Virus record (IMG/VR): IMGVR_UViG_3300030616_000016
Location: 62,001 to 126,000 of that record
Strand: one strand, 5' to 3'
Length of the DNA stretch: 64,000 nucleotides
Part shown: one piece after another, positions 9,438-19,244 of the stretch
Layout: every line of letters begins with the position of its first letter
Numbering within the stretch: the stretch's first letter is position 1
The notes under the pieces: model-generated
The model's input: only the letters and a program-made list of their open reading frames with translations
Database searches by the model: none
Told to the model about the DNA's origin: nothing
Program-made: the position numbers and the translations under genes

Positions 9438-10586
9438 TTAGAACGAGTCAGCGCTTTCCTTTTCTCTAACTGCTCTTTTTATTTGACTACTTAGTCTTGC
9501 GTGTGATTGCTTTTCTTTTGCTATGTCTTCTAATATTTCTATATCTTTACTGCTTAACAACTTTCTTACTCTGATAATATCAAGGTGAGCAGCATATGAT
9601 AGAGTTGCAAACAATGTTTCCAACTCCTTTTTATCACATTCATAATTCATGACTTTATGGATCCACCCTTTATATTGCTTATATTTTTTGGATCCTATTC
9701 CACTAATTCTTCTTGCCATTGTTCTACGACTTATGTCAACTCCAAATACAACACCCAATGCACTTATTCTATTTATACCGCTTAACATAACTTTTGACTT
9801 ATGTTTATTAAATCTCATTCCTTCTACTGCTACGGCCTTATTTGCGCACTTGAAAATATCATTTATCCATTCTTTCCAGAATCTTTTAGATATGTAAGGC
9901 ATAGAGCTACTTAGTTGTATGTCGTCAGCATATCTTGAATATCTGATCCTTCCATATGGCCAACCCATGCTTGACATTGTTATATCAAACTTTCTCATAC
10001 ATAGATTTGATATTACAGGACTTGATGGAGCACCTTGTGGTAATCCATTTGTCATTGAAACAAGAGGTATTAATGGTATCTTATATTTTCTGCAGCATGT
10101 ATCTACAGTATGTAATGATATAAGCATCTTTCTAATATGTTTTGCTTTAATAGATGGAAAGAAGTTCTTAATATCCATACTAATCATTATTCTAGCTCCA
10201 TCATGTATCGACTGTAATTTGTTAATTGCAGTTTGGAAGCGTCTAGAACGTCTTAGTATTCTTCTAAAAGATTCTTGTGTTGTAAACAGCGGTTTTGGAC
10301 TATATGCTAAGCTATGTCCATTTCTGTCATACTTTTGCAATAGCCATGAGACATATCTTTGTGCCGTTTTTAAGTCTTCGTCTGGCTCATGTAAATGCCT
10401 GATGCCACCTGATCTTTTTCTTATCATGTGGTGTGTATATCTTGAGTCTCTATCGTTTGAGTTTTGTTGTAAGTCTTCAAACAATTGCTGAATTGTAATA
10501 CCAGATGGCAAGACTAGACTTAGAAAATTGTCAGGAGTTATATCATGAAGTCTCAGTTTCTTCTTTATCTGATTCTGTTCCATCAT
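9438..10586 (-). CDS. Retron-type reverse transcriptase
   Basis: IRKRSGGIRHLHEPDEDLKTAQR, MDIKNFFPSI, GLPQGAPSSPVISN, YSRYADDI, FNKHKSK; ALG at the position of the retron VTG motif. Confidence 0.88.
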   Translation of the reverse strand: MMEQNQIKKKLRLHDITPDNFLSLVLPSGITIQQLFEDLQQNSNDRDSRYTHHMIRKRSGGIRHLHEPDEDLKTAQRYVSWLLQKYDRNGHSLAYSPKPLFTTQESFRRILRRSRRFQTAINKLQSIHDGARIMISMDIKNFFPSIKAKHIRKMLISLHTVDTCCRKYKIPLIPLVSMTNGLPQGAPSSPVISNLCMRKFDITMSSMGWPYGRIRYSRYADDIQLSSSMPYISKRFWKEWINDIFKCANKAVAVEGMRFNKHKSKVMLSGINRISALGVVFGVDISRRTMARRISGIGSKKYKQYKGWIHKVMNYECDKKELETLFATLSYAAHLDIIRVRKLLSSKDIEILEDIAKEKQSHARLSSQIKRAVREKESADSF

Positions 10587-11667
10587 CTCCGCCTTCCGAT
10601 TCCGTATTGTCAGATATTAATTTGGTTATATCATTGTTTGCTGCAAATTCATATAGTGCTATTATTCCTTGCACGCTTTCTTCGCCTATGTAGTAGTATC
10701 CACCACGCTTGGTGATTTTACCATCTACAATCATTTGATCTACTAAAAATCTTTCTTCACTAAACCCATGATTAAAGATGAATGGATATTTTACTTCGGC
10801 TCCCTCCGGCATAGTACCAGACTGTCTAGTCTTATTGATTTTCATGTAATGCATGAAGCCAATAATTTTCTCTTTCTTCTTTCCATCTTCTTCTACAATG
10901 GCAGCTGGAGCTTCGCTTTTGCTACCTCTACGAGTCATCAGCCTTACGTGTGTAAAATGCTTAACCGCATTTCCTCCCTTAACGAGAGTTAGGTCACCAT
11001 ATCCACCAATATTGGTGTATATTTGACCAATCATTATGATTGTTGTGTTTGTCTTTGCTGCAGGACCACAAGCAAGTCTTAGGAACTGGCTCATTTTTCT
11101 TTGAAGAACACCGATGGTATCATCGTTTAGGCTACGGTTAGTACCGGTTTTACTTTCGAGTTCTGCGCGTGGAAGCAGACCGCCAATTGAATCAATAACT
11201 ACGATGTCTACTAAATTCTCTCTCATAATGTCGAGACATTTATCTAGCATGTTCTCCATCGTATCTTTCTCAATTATAAAGAGCTCATCTGTATTGACTC
11301 CTTGTACTTTTAACCACTCTTTATCCAATGCTTCTTCTGCATCAACCCAGCATGCAATACCATGGTTTTTCTGAACTTCTGCTACACATCTTGCACATGC
11401 AGTGCCTTTAGCTGTCTGTTCTGGTCCGGCGATTGTAACAATTTTACCTCTAGGAAAACCTCCGCCTAAATAGTCATCCCAGCCTTTAATGCCGGTTGAT
11501 ATTCTACCGTAATCCTCTAGTCCAAAATGTACAATTTGATTTTCATCATCGATGTCTTTGTTAATAGAAGTCGCTACTCTTTTTAGACGAGCCATCTTCT
11601 CTGCTTTTATATCTTGTGGAGATACAATCTTTTCTTCACTAGTATCTTTGCTTTTTCTCTTAGCCAT
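10543..11667 (-). CDS. recA: RecA recombinase with non-canonical P-loop
   Basis: ISTG...D..LGGGFPRGKIV, WVDAEEALD, VVIDSIGGLLPRAEL, QRKMSQFLR, GGNAVKH; Walker A reads GPEQTAKGT. Confidence 0.93.
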   Translation of the reverse strand: MAKRKSKDTSEEKIVSPQDIKAEKMARLKRVATSINKDIDDENQIVHFGLEDYGRISTGIKGWDDYLGGGFPRGKIVTIAGPEQTAKGTACARCVAEVQKNHGIACWVDAEEALDKEWLKVQGVNTDELFIIEKDTMENMLDKCLDIMRENLVDIVVIDSIGGLLPRAELESKTGTNRSLNDDTIGVLQRKMSQFLRLACGPAAKTNTTIIMIGQIYTNIGGYGDLTLVKGGNAVKHFTHVRLMTRRGSKSEAPAAIVEEDGKKKEKIIGFMHYMKINKTRQSGTMPEGAEVKYPFIFNHGFSEERFLVDQMIVDGKITKRGGYYYIGEESVQGIIALYEFAANNDITKLISDNTESEGGDDGTESDKEETETS

Positions 11668-11670
11668 GTG

Positions 11671-11847
11671 TTATTCTTCCAAACAAGTTTTACAGATTAA
11701 ATTCCCAACGTCATCATGACTGCTACAATCTAAACAGATTGTTTTGCCACATGAACTACATGATCCTAGATATGTGTCGGCCATAGTTTCCATAAACATT
11801 TGGTCGCATATTTCACAGTAGTTATCATTATCGTTGTTGTCACTCAT
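11671..11847 (-). CDS. 58-aa cysteine-rich zinc-finger protein with four CxxC pairs
   Basis: Manual translation MSDNNDNDNYCEICDQ...CSSCGKTICLDCSS...ICKTCLEE; fills the gap between neighbouring genes. Confidence 0.75.
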   Translation of the reverse strand: MSDNNDNDNYCEICDQMFMETMADTYLGSCSSCGKTICLDCSSHDDVGNLICKTCLEE

Positions 11848-12211
11848 TATCTATGCCCTGCATTAAATATAGTAAATGATCTAGCTTCAAAGTAACAAGA
11901 GTGGTTTCATTACTAGGCTTAGCACTTCCTGAAGTACATAAGATAGGAAATCTACCAGTATTTCTTGCTTCGCCTATCAATTTCTTCCAATCTGATTTTG
12001 ATGGCATAAATATTCCATCTTTATTTGTTCTTTGTTTAGCTTCGATCTGTAATAATCGGTTTTGTATATCGCTATCAGATGCAAATACATTTCCAGAGCC
12101 TGCTGTTTCTCTTAAAGATATACCATATTGCTGTGCTCTTTCAACAATGTATCGTTGCATTAATGCAGCGTTTTTATTCCTTCCGCCAACTCTTGACATA
12201 GGAATCTCCAT
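11840..12211 (-). CDS. PD-(D/E)xK nuclease, Hjc-type resolvase-like
   Basis: GSGN...DSDI...LQIEAKQR; W.K...EA...G..PIL pattern. Confidence 0.6.
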   Translation of the reverse strand: MEIPMSRVGGRNKNAALMQRYIVERAQQYGISLRETAGSGNVFASDSDIQNRLLQIEAKQRTNKDGIFMPSKSDWKKLIGEARNTGRFPILCTSGSAKPSNETTLVTLKLDHLLYLMQGIDNE

Positions 12212-12312
12212 GCTTATTGCCTTTAAGTTTCTTATAGCCTGTCCATACTAATTCCCAACAGGCTATCTTAACTACCGTAGTGTATAATCTCCAGAGAATA
12301 TATCCACAATGC

Positions 12313-12699
12313 CTATTCATGGCCCATATCCTCCTCAGGATTATACAAATAGGTTTTTCTGCCTATCATAAATCCTAATATACACATCTTTGTCATGCAT
12401 AAATAGATATTCTTATCAAATTCTTCATCAGTATCACTATTTTCTAATATCCATTCTAGATGGTCTTCACATACATTATCTATGAAATGCATGAGTGATC
12501 CTTCACATTCTTCTAACCAATCTTGTATCTCATTGCTCGTCTCTCTTTCTTCGAGCAATCTGTGACATTCGGAGATTATTTCTTTGGATACCATGTTGTA
12601 ATCATCAAGTGTTATTTTCTTCATTGGTTTTTGGTCTCCATGTATATTTTGCATGCCAGGTTTTCTTTGCTTCAGTTGCATTGTCGTTTGTATTATCAT
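12313..12699 (-). CDS. Hypothetical acidic protein (start probably downstream of the track start)
   Basis: ORF track, co-directional packing. Confidence 0.55.
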   Translation of the reverse strand: MIIQTTMQLKQRKPGMQNIHGDQKPMKKITLDDYNMVSKEIISECHRLLEERETSNEIQDWLEECEGSLMHFIDNVCEDHLEWILENSDTDEEFDKNIYLCMTKMCILGFMIGRKTYLYNPEEDMGHE

Positions 12700-13144
12700 C
12701 CTGCTTTGTTTCCTGGCTCTCGTTGGCTTCGTTCTCTGGTTTAGGATCTTCTTTCTTTTCTTCTTTGATGCGATTGTGTTGATCTAAAATATCTACATTA
12801 CATGTTTTGATAAATTCATTAAAGTCTGTTTCACTTAAACAGTAATCATTAACATGAATGTGATAATGTAGATGTTCAGAATCCATCTCAGAAGAAGTTA
12901 CCAGTTTACCAACAATATACAATGTAGAATCCAAATCTACAGCCTTATCTATCTCCTCTTCTTCAGGATATTCGAAGTGTAGTTCGTATATATTACTATC
13001 ATTTGGAGATATACTAGTACCTCTTGCTTTATATACTTTTGTAGATAGAGCTCCTTTCTTGTCATTGTCTACGGCATCGCTCATTAAATCAATCTTGATC
13101 GCCTTCAGAACTGTCATTCCTTGATTGAACCTCTGTATTATCAT
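12605..13144 (-). CDS. Hypothetical protein, possible OB-fold
   Basis: ORF track; YIVGKL beta-strand pattern and charged tail. Confidence 0.5.
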   Translation of the reverse strand: MIIQRFNQGMTVLKAIKIDLMSDAVDNDKKGALSTKVYKARGTSISPNDSNIYELHFEYPEEEEIDKAVDLDSTLYIVGKLVTSSEMDSEHLHYHIHVNDYCLSETDFNEFIKTCNVDILDQHNRIKEEKKEDPKPENEANESQETKQDDNTNDNATEAKKTWHAKYTWRPKTNEENNT

Positions 13145-14309
13145 TATTTGCTCCTACAAAAAATCCTTCTCTCGTGTTCGATGAGTCTGATTGCTCACCG
13201 TGTTGTTCTTCTACTTTCCATAGTACTATGTTATTCTCTTCATGCTTAAGTATTTTAAGCTTGATGGTATTTGTTGCACAGCATTTAATCTGTTCTGCAA
13301 ACTGTTTGATCGGCAGTAATATAGAGAAATCTTCTTCTGTTTCAGTTGTACAATTTAAGATAATATTTGTACTGCCTTCCTCGCCATTAATATTTATTCT
13401 TATCCTTTTAACATTGTCATCGCTACCTTCTTCACCTGGAATAACAATAAAGTTAGCTAATATTAGGCTTGGATCTTTTAGTATAAACCCTGTGAGATTA
13501 ATACATTCTTCTCTATTAATAATGAAGGACGCCATTTCTATAGACTGTTCTTCTATTAAAGAAACACTATTCCATTCCGGTACAGCTTGATCAATATTGC
13601 GTTTCATACACTCAATGTTAATATACCATCTAGTGTCTGCATCAAAATGCGTGAGTCTTATAAAGTTTAAATTATCAAATACAATAAAATTAAAGCTTGG
13701 TGAATGATTTATAATACTGCTCACGTTTGATAATACATCTCTTGTAAGTATAGATGGATTGTTTATGTCACTTAGGTCTTGTGATCTAATAATACTACTT
13801 TGAATTCTATCAATACAATACATTTTTGAGTTATCAATTGTAATTATATCGCCTAGCTGGTTAAATTCAAGCTTTGTTTTTGCCATAGCTTTAATATATT
13901 GTGGTGAAAATATTATTTTCGGTAATCCAATAGCATTAGGTGTAGCACTAAATTCATCTATTCCGTTAGTTCCTTCTTCACATAATCTAAAGTCTCTGTT
14001 GATGTTGCCGCCGTTAATACTAATAAATCTATTATCATAGCTTATATGTATGACATCATCACATGCAGAAATAAAATCAAGTAGCTTTTTGCAGTCATAT
14101 TTAGTAATGACATTAGACTCAAGCTGTTCTTCTAGAGCATTAGCTGCCATAAATTTACCTGCTTGAGATCTTAGGCACATCATAAAGATTGAGTGACTTG
14201 TAACAAAATTGTTATCGTCATTCCAGAATCCAAAATATATGTCTGATGATTGAGCTATTTTAGTGGCATTTTGAAGTAGCTCAATCAAACGTGATTTATT
14301 AATTTGCAT
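13089..14309 (-). CDS. Putative DNA polymerase sliding clamp (DnaN-like)
   Basis: About 405 aa; N-terminus MQINKSRLIELLQNA and KKLLDFISACDDVIHISYDNRFISINGG resemble a beta-clamp; a dnaE is present nearby. Confidence 0.45.
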   Translation of the reverse strand: MQINKSRLIELLQNATKIAQSSDIYFGFWNDDNNFVTSHSIFMMCLRSQAGKFMAANALEEQLESNVITKYDCKKLLDFISACDDVIHISYDNRFISINGGNINRDFRLCEEGTNGIDEFSATPNAIGLPKIIFSPQYIKAMAKTKLEFNQLGDIITIDNSKMYCIDRIQSSIIRSQDLSDINNPSILTRDVLSNVSSIINHSPSFNFIVFDNLNFIRLTHFDADTRWYINIECMKRNIDQAVPEWNSVSLIEEQSIEMASFIINREECINLTGFILKDPSLILANFIVIPGEEGSDDNVKRIRININGEEGSTNIILNCTTETEEDFSILLPIKQFAEQIKCCATNTIKLKILKHEENNIVLWKVEEQHGEQSDSSNTREGFFVGANNDNTEVQSRNDSSEGDQD

Positions 14310-14778
14310 CTCTTCTCCCATCAATAGTTGCTCTTTTTAATGCTTCGTCTAGTTTATTAACTAGCTGACCAGCGCTATACGAAATTCTATTAATCTTATT
14401 ATATCCTGCTATTGCTTCGACATGTGCAATATACATATCTTTAGTATTCACACGTGCTTGTCTTAATGCTTCATCTCCTGTATAGTTCTTGTTAGTTGCT
14501 TCATTCTTTGTGCCTCTTAATTCGTTATATTCCTCATCTCTAGCAATTTCTCGCTCATAGTCTGCTTGTTTCTCAGCGCCTATTAATTCTCCAACCATTG
14601 GCGAGATGCTTACTAGCAATGCAGATAGGTGTAGAAGGTCATTTTGCATATCATAGTAGTTATCCCAAGTGTTTGGTTCTCCGCCAAACTCTTCTGGTGC
14701 ATACTTTTGGGAGATTCTCATAATCTCCCTTATTTCCAGCTCGATGCTTCTTCTACCTTCTTCTGTTACTTCAATCAT
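14299..14778 (-). CDS. Helical protein, possible UvsY-like recombination mediator
   Basis: Size, helical pattern and location near recA; weak resemblance only. Confidence 0.3.
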   Translation of the reverse strand: MIEVTEEGRRSIELEIREIMRISQKYAPEEFGGEPNTWDNYYDMQNDLLHLSALLVSISPMVGELIGAEKQADYEREIARDEEYNELRGTKNEATNKNYTGDEALRQARVNTKDMYIAHVEAIAGYNKINRISYSAGQLVNKLDEALKRATIDGRRDAN

Positions 14779-14791
14779 AATTTACACCGCC

Positions 14792-15337
14792 TTAGACTGT
14801 TGTGAAATAGAACCTATGTGACATAAGCTCGCAATCTCCGCCACAATACGGGCAGGCAATAGTTAATGCAACCATATCTTGTTCACTATCTGATTCAACA
14901 TCATCGTGAATCAGATCACAATCTTCACATATATATAATTCATTCTTGTCAGATGCATACATGGTAACGATGTCGCTTAAGAAATCAGATATGAATAGTT
15001 CTAGAGACACTTTATTTTCTAGAAGACCTAAAGCATAGTCTTCTGCATCTATGGGAGATAATGTACTTGCTTTCACAAACTTAGTCATTTTGTCTATGTC
15101 TGACTTCCCATCATTTATAATATATATAAGAGCATTGTCTTTATCAATGTGTAGCATGCTCATTCCATGTTCAGCATTTGTCGACTTTGATTCACTTATT
15201 AAGTCTTCCCACATATAGGCTAGTGCAGCTGGATGTATCATCAATTCTTTAGCTATATTTATCAATGAAGCTTTGAATTGATCTTTCATCACATCCGAAT
15301 TGACTAACGCTTTTGGTAAAATGTCTGTGTCTTTCAT
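14792..15337 (-). CDS. Hypothetical protein with C-terminal zinc ribbon
   Basis: CEDC...CPYCGG. Confidence 0.6.
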   Translation of the reverse strand: MKDTDILPKALVNSDVMKDQFKASLINIAKELMIHPAALAYMWEDLISESKSTNAEHGMSMLHIDKDNALIYIINDGKSDIDKMTKFVKASTLSPIDAEDYALGLLENKVSLELFISDFLSDIVTMYASDKNELYICEDCDLIHDDVESDSEQDMVALTIACPYCGGDCELMSHRFYFTTV

Positions 15338-15629
15338 TTTTATGTATCCATCTGTAGAAGGTTCTATCGTTAGTCCATATAAACATTAGTTTGTGTGTAT
15401 ATGGTATTCTTTCTTTATAAAGATCACGAAGTATCTGTCTTAGCTCTCCTGATTCCTTACCAGTATTATGTATTATAAGAAGTTCTGTTCTTGTATACAA
15501 AGTCTTCGCATAGAATATTTGAAGCCAATCTTTGTTTAAAATAGTATGCCATGTAGACTTAGCATTCTCAATTAGTTGCTCATCATAGTTGAATAGACTA
15601 AGAGATAACAACATTTTCTGGTATAACAT
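15249..15629 (-). CDS. Hypothetical protein
   Basis: ORF track. Confidence 0.45.
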   Translation of the reverse strand: MLYQKMLLSLSLFNYDEQLIENAKSTWHTILNKDWLQIFYAKTLYTRTELLIIHNTGKESGELRQILRDLYKERIPYTHKLMFIWTNDRTFYRWIHKNERHRHFTKSVSQFGCDERSIQSFIDKYS

Positions 15630-16035
15630 GATCAGGTACCAATGTTACTGTTTCATAATCACTCTCTATATACCCATAGATAATAGATTTAGTATTCATA
15701 TCAATTGGCATATCTTGGTTGACTTCACATTTAACATCATGTATTTTGCCTTCTTGTATGACACCACAAGTTGAAAACATATTGATGAAGCAACGCTTGA
15801 TTGTTGTTGAAATACGATCAACAATAATGTTATTCTTAAATACTTTTGCATCACAACAAACAAAAGTATTTTTAGCAACGTTATCAATAGATGACTTTAT
15901 TATAACGGGCACGATTGAAACATGGTCTTTACCATCTTTTACATACTCTTGATATATATTAAGAAACGTATGTTCCTTGTATATACATTTAGTTATAATA
16001 TAGCCACCTATGATAGCGCTGATATTTTCACTCAC
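15598..16035 (-). CDS. Hypothetical protein
   Basis: ORF track, tight packing. Confidence 0.55.
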   Translation of the reverse strand: MSENISAIIGGYIITKCIYKEHTFLNIYQEYVKDGKDHVSIVPVIIKSSIDNVAKNTFVCCDAKVFKNNIIVDRISTTIKRCFINMFSTCGVIQEGKIHDVKCEVNQDMPIDMNTKSIIYGYIESDYETVTLVPDHVIPENVVIS

Positions 16036-16037
16036 AC

Positions 16038-17036
16038 TTATTCTCCTTGATTGTCTTGTGCACTTACACGAAACTCAATGTTCTCTGATGCATCCCTAAT
16101 AGCATTGATCATCTTATTGATGCCTTTGTCCGTGGCTTCCAATACATTATCATCAGCTTCTGGACAAAGCTTCGTGATTTTGTAGTCACAGAAGTGAGGA
16201 GTAAGTACACATGTACGAGAAGGGCTATCGCTATTTAGTATATTTGTTAGAGCTTCGCTATCAACTGATGAAGTGTTAAGACCAGTAAAGAAATCATTGT
16301 TAAATTTAAGGAAGGCAACAACAGTAAAATTATTTCTTCCACTAGTTTTTCTGCTGATTTGCTCGCTCTTATATACTTCTGTCAAGATTCTAAATCCCTT
16401 GTAATAGCGGACATAGCCTTTATAGAAGTCTTCTGCAGTGATATATGCAAGCACAACGGTTCTTGGATCAGGATCATTTTTGGAGAAAGACTCACTGATC
16501 TCAAGCTCTTTAGTATTAGCACGAACCATGTCTATATATTCTTTTAATTTCTGACGCTTAAGCCTAGCAATTCTACGCTGTTCAATAATGTTAGAGATAC
16601 TTCCAATGGCTTCATCAAGTACTCTAACGTTACGAATCGCAGACATAAGATCATATAGAGAGTTCTTATATATAACCGCAAAGCTCTCCAGTCTTTCAAG
16701 AGCAGCTTTAGCAACTGCTTCAGCATAACTTTGGTCGTCTATCATATTATCCATGATAGAATCGACCTCTTTTTTTACTAGCTCCTCAGAACTGTGACAA
16801 TATTCTGGTATAGTCTCTGAAATAGAATAGCCTATTGCATTTGCTAGTTCTGATGGTGTCATATTGATTATTCTGCTGATGTTTCTTAATGTATCTCCAT
16901 TAGCAACTAACCTTGGCAAAGGATTGTTGAAGTTAGGTGTATAGGAGCCTTTAACAATAACATCAGGGATCATGATACTTAAATTTTCTGTAAGAAAATT
17001 GCGTATCTTCTCTCTTTCTGTTTTAGGTGTAGACAT
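16038..17036 (-). CDS. Hypothetical protein with coiled-coil region
   Basis: 332-aa ORF with a GGAG RBS. Confidence 0.7.
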   Translation of the reverse strand: MSTPKTEREKIRNFLTENLSIMIPDVIVKGSYTPNFNNPLPRLVANGDTLRNISRIINMTPSELANAIGYSISETIPEYCHSSEELVKKEVDSIMDNMIDDQSYAEAVAKAALERLESFAVIYKNSLYDLMSAIRNVRVLDEAIGSISNIIEQRRIARLKRQKLKEYIDMVRANTKELEISESFSKNDPDPRTVVLAYITAEDFYKGYVRYYKGFRILTEVYKSEQISRKTSGRNNFTVVAFLKFNNDFFTGLNTSSVDSEALTNILNSDSPSRTCVLTPHFCDYKITKLCPEADDNVLEATDKGINKMINAIRDASENIEFRVSAQDNQGE

Positions 17037-17052
17037 TAATTAACTCCGCTTT

Positions 17053-18045
17053 CTAGACTTTGTTGAAGTCTTTAATTACATGACTATGACATCTAGGACA
17101 TTCCAGATTATTTTCATCATTAATTACAAACACATTATTACATGCAGGACATGTTATTCCTTCCTCTTCATCTGCATCTATAATAAGAGGATCAGTAATA
17201 TGGTTATCAATTGGATCATCGATAGGATCGCCATATCCAGCCCAATTACGAATGTTTTGAGAAGTTCTGTGATGTCTGTTACCAAACCTAGGATTGTAAT
17301 AGCTACCACCTATTGGAAACATAGTTGATTTTCCTTCAACTACTTCATCTTTGTCTTCATCATATGAATGTGTAGTCATAGATTTTACAAGCTCATTTAT
17401 CTCTTCTCTACATTTCTTATATGTTTCTGTGTAATCTGCAGTTACAACATTGAGATCAATATTGTCAATGACAAGCTTGGGGTTTTTCTGAACATATTTG
17501 ACTAAGATGTTACCAGATTTATTTCCTACAAGCATTACTGCCCATCCATGTTGCTGAAGCATCTCATCTGCAGCATCTACATCCTGTCCACTCCAGAATG
17601 TAGGCATGTTTACATGAGAATGCCAATGGAAATTCATGCGGCTGTATATTGATTTGCCAATGTCTTGTTTAATAGTCAGCATATCTTCTTCTGATATATC
17701 ATCAACAGATATATCTTTAAACTCCTCAGAGTCTTCAATATATTTGTTGATGTAGTTATCGATAATATCATGCTCTCCCTTAATGAGAGGAAGCTCAATT
17801 CTCTTACATCTGTCTTTATTACACAAACGAAAGTAGCCTGAGCTTGCTACTTGTTTAACGATGAATACATTATCAATGATAAGATTACCATTCTTGTCTT
17901 GGATGATGGTACCAAGTCCACCACATTCGGTTGAACAAGCATTGATCCATCCTCTGATCTTTTCTCTTAGGATTGCTGGCATGTATATATTGATGCTTTC
18001 TTTAGTTTCTAAAGCATCTTTCTCGGATTCGTTCTTGATTTGCAT
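17053..18045 (-). CDS. JAB/MPN+ metallo-isopeptidase (deubiquitinase-like)
   Basis: TECGGLG (catalytic Glu) and WHSHVNMPTFWSGQD (HxH-x7-S-x2-D JAMM motif). Confidence 0.85.
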   Translation of the reverse strand: MQIKNESEKDALETKESINIYMPAILREKIRGWINACSTECGGLGTIIQDKNGNLIIDNVFIVKQVASSGYFRLCNKDRCKRIELPLIKGEHDIIDNYINKYIEDSEEFKDISVDDISEEDMLTIKQDIGKSIYSRMNFHWHSHVNMPTFWSGQDVDAADEMLQQHGWAVMLVGNKSGNILVKYVQKNPKLVIDNIDLNVVTADYTETYKKCREEINELVKSMTTHSYDEDKDEVVEGKSTMFPIGGSYYNPRFGNRHHRTSQNIRNWAGYGDPIDDPIDNHITDPLIIDADEEEGITCPACNNVFVINDENNLECPRCHSHVIKDFNKV

Positions 18046-18071
18046 ATCTTTCCTTTCTATGCAAGGAGTTA

Positions 18072-19109
18072 TTATGATGCTGATGTATCTACGCGTCCAT
18101 CAGGCAATAGTTTCAAGTCTTCTTTTTTTGCATATGCTTTCCAGTGGTCAATATCTGCATATGTATCGCCAGAATTACAACTTTCAAGATATTCTTTCAG
18201 AATGGCAAATATTACTCCATAACTACCACATTTAAGATACTGAGGAATGGCTCTGCTAATATTCCCCAAGCATGGACCACCATCAACATTAACATGAGGA
18301 TGTGGATTTGAAGTTTCTTTACCTGGAGGTTCAATAACTGATGTAATGCGTATTCCTGTACTATTATATGGAATACTAACAAGATATGTTCCCATATAAT
18401 AGTACATGTCATTTTCTTTTATCCAGATAGGTGGTGTAAGCCCCTTAATTGAGTCTGGAGCGAACTCAATGTTAGCATATGCACCTGATTCATATAATTT
18501 CATTACTCCAGTAACTGCTTTGTCAATCATCATTTCTTTCTCTTCACCTTCAGGTATGTTTTCTATATCTTTTAACCTTTCCTTGGCTATTTCAAGGCGT
18601 TTCATAAGAGTAAGTTGATGTGTTTGACAAGCTTTCATTTGGTTTTCTGTGAGCCTCAAAGATGTGAGAAGACTAGTTTTCTCACTATCTACATTACCAA
18701 GAAGCTGACGATAAATACATTCCCGTACATCGTTTCTCTTGTTTGCAATGTCTCGTTGAGATCTACGACTAGAGCCACTACCTCTTCTAGAAAGAATTAT
18801 TCGCGCGTCTCTAAAACTTTTAAATGCGTTTGAGATTACTGCGTCAAATATATCTTCTCTAGAAGCAAGTATTTGTAAACAGTTTGGTGAATGGGTAATA
18901 GTTTTTCTTGACTCGTCAACAAAAGGTTCCCATACATTAGATATGTTAGGAATATCTTCAATTGGTGTAGGATTTATAATGCAAAGAACCTCTGAAGTAA
19001 AATCCTGGAATCTATCACTAATGATAATGGTTTTTGTCAGAGAGATCTCAAATGTTCTGAAAACAGCAAATAAATCTGAGCTGTTTGCAACTCCCATATT
19101 ATCAATCAT
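18072..19109 (-). CDS. Prokaryotic E2-like (UBC-fold) protein with N-terminal coiled coil
   Basis: HPHVNVDGGPCLGN matches the E2 active-site pattern HPN..dG.iCL; lies between the Ubl and JAB genes. Confidence 0.75.
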   Translation of the reverse strand: MIDNMGVANSSDLFAVFRTFEISLTKTIIISDRFQDFTSEVLCIINPTPIEDIPNISNVWEPFVDESRKTITHSPNCLQILASREDIFDAVISNAFKSFRDARIILSRRGSGSSRRSQRDIANKRNDVRECIYRQLLGNVDSEKTSLLTSLRLTENQMKACQTHQLTLMKRLEIAKERLKDIENIPEGEEKEMMIDKAVTGVMKLYESGAYANIEFAPDSIKGLTPPIWIKENDMYYYMGTYLVSIPYNSTGIRITSVIEPPGKETSNPHPHVNVDGGPCLGNISRAIPQYLKCGSYGVIFAILKEYLESCNSGDTYADIDHWKAYAKKEDLKLLPDGRVDTSAS

Positions 19110-19147
19110 ATTTGAAAGCCTTTCTGTGTTTTATGATTAGGGTAAAG

Positions 19148-19193
19148 AAAAGTCAAGTACTATAGTAAGTGTTTACTATAATACTTGACTTTT
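19148..19193. terminator. Long imperfect hairpin after the Ubl gene, overlapping a possible minus-strand promoter
   Basis: aaaagtcaagta-c-tatagtaa-gtgt-ttactata-a-tacttgactttt; the minus strand reads TTGACT-17 nt-TAAAAC toward the E2 gene. Confidence 0.6.
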
Positions 19194-19244
19194 TTGTGGC
19201 CACATAACTACACAAAAGTGTAGCTACATTTTTAGGGCACTTTA

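Noticed and set aside
9438-10586. RT as part of a DGR or group II intron
   Set aside because: It has QGAPSSP rather than the DGR-type GNLxSQ, no avd-like gene or TR/VR pair was noticed, and there is no maturase domain or room for intron RNA. Repeat pairs were only sought by eye.
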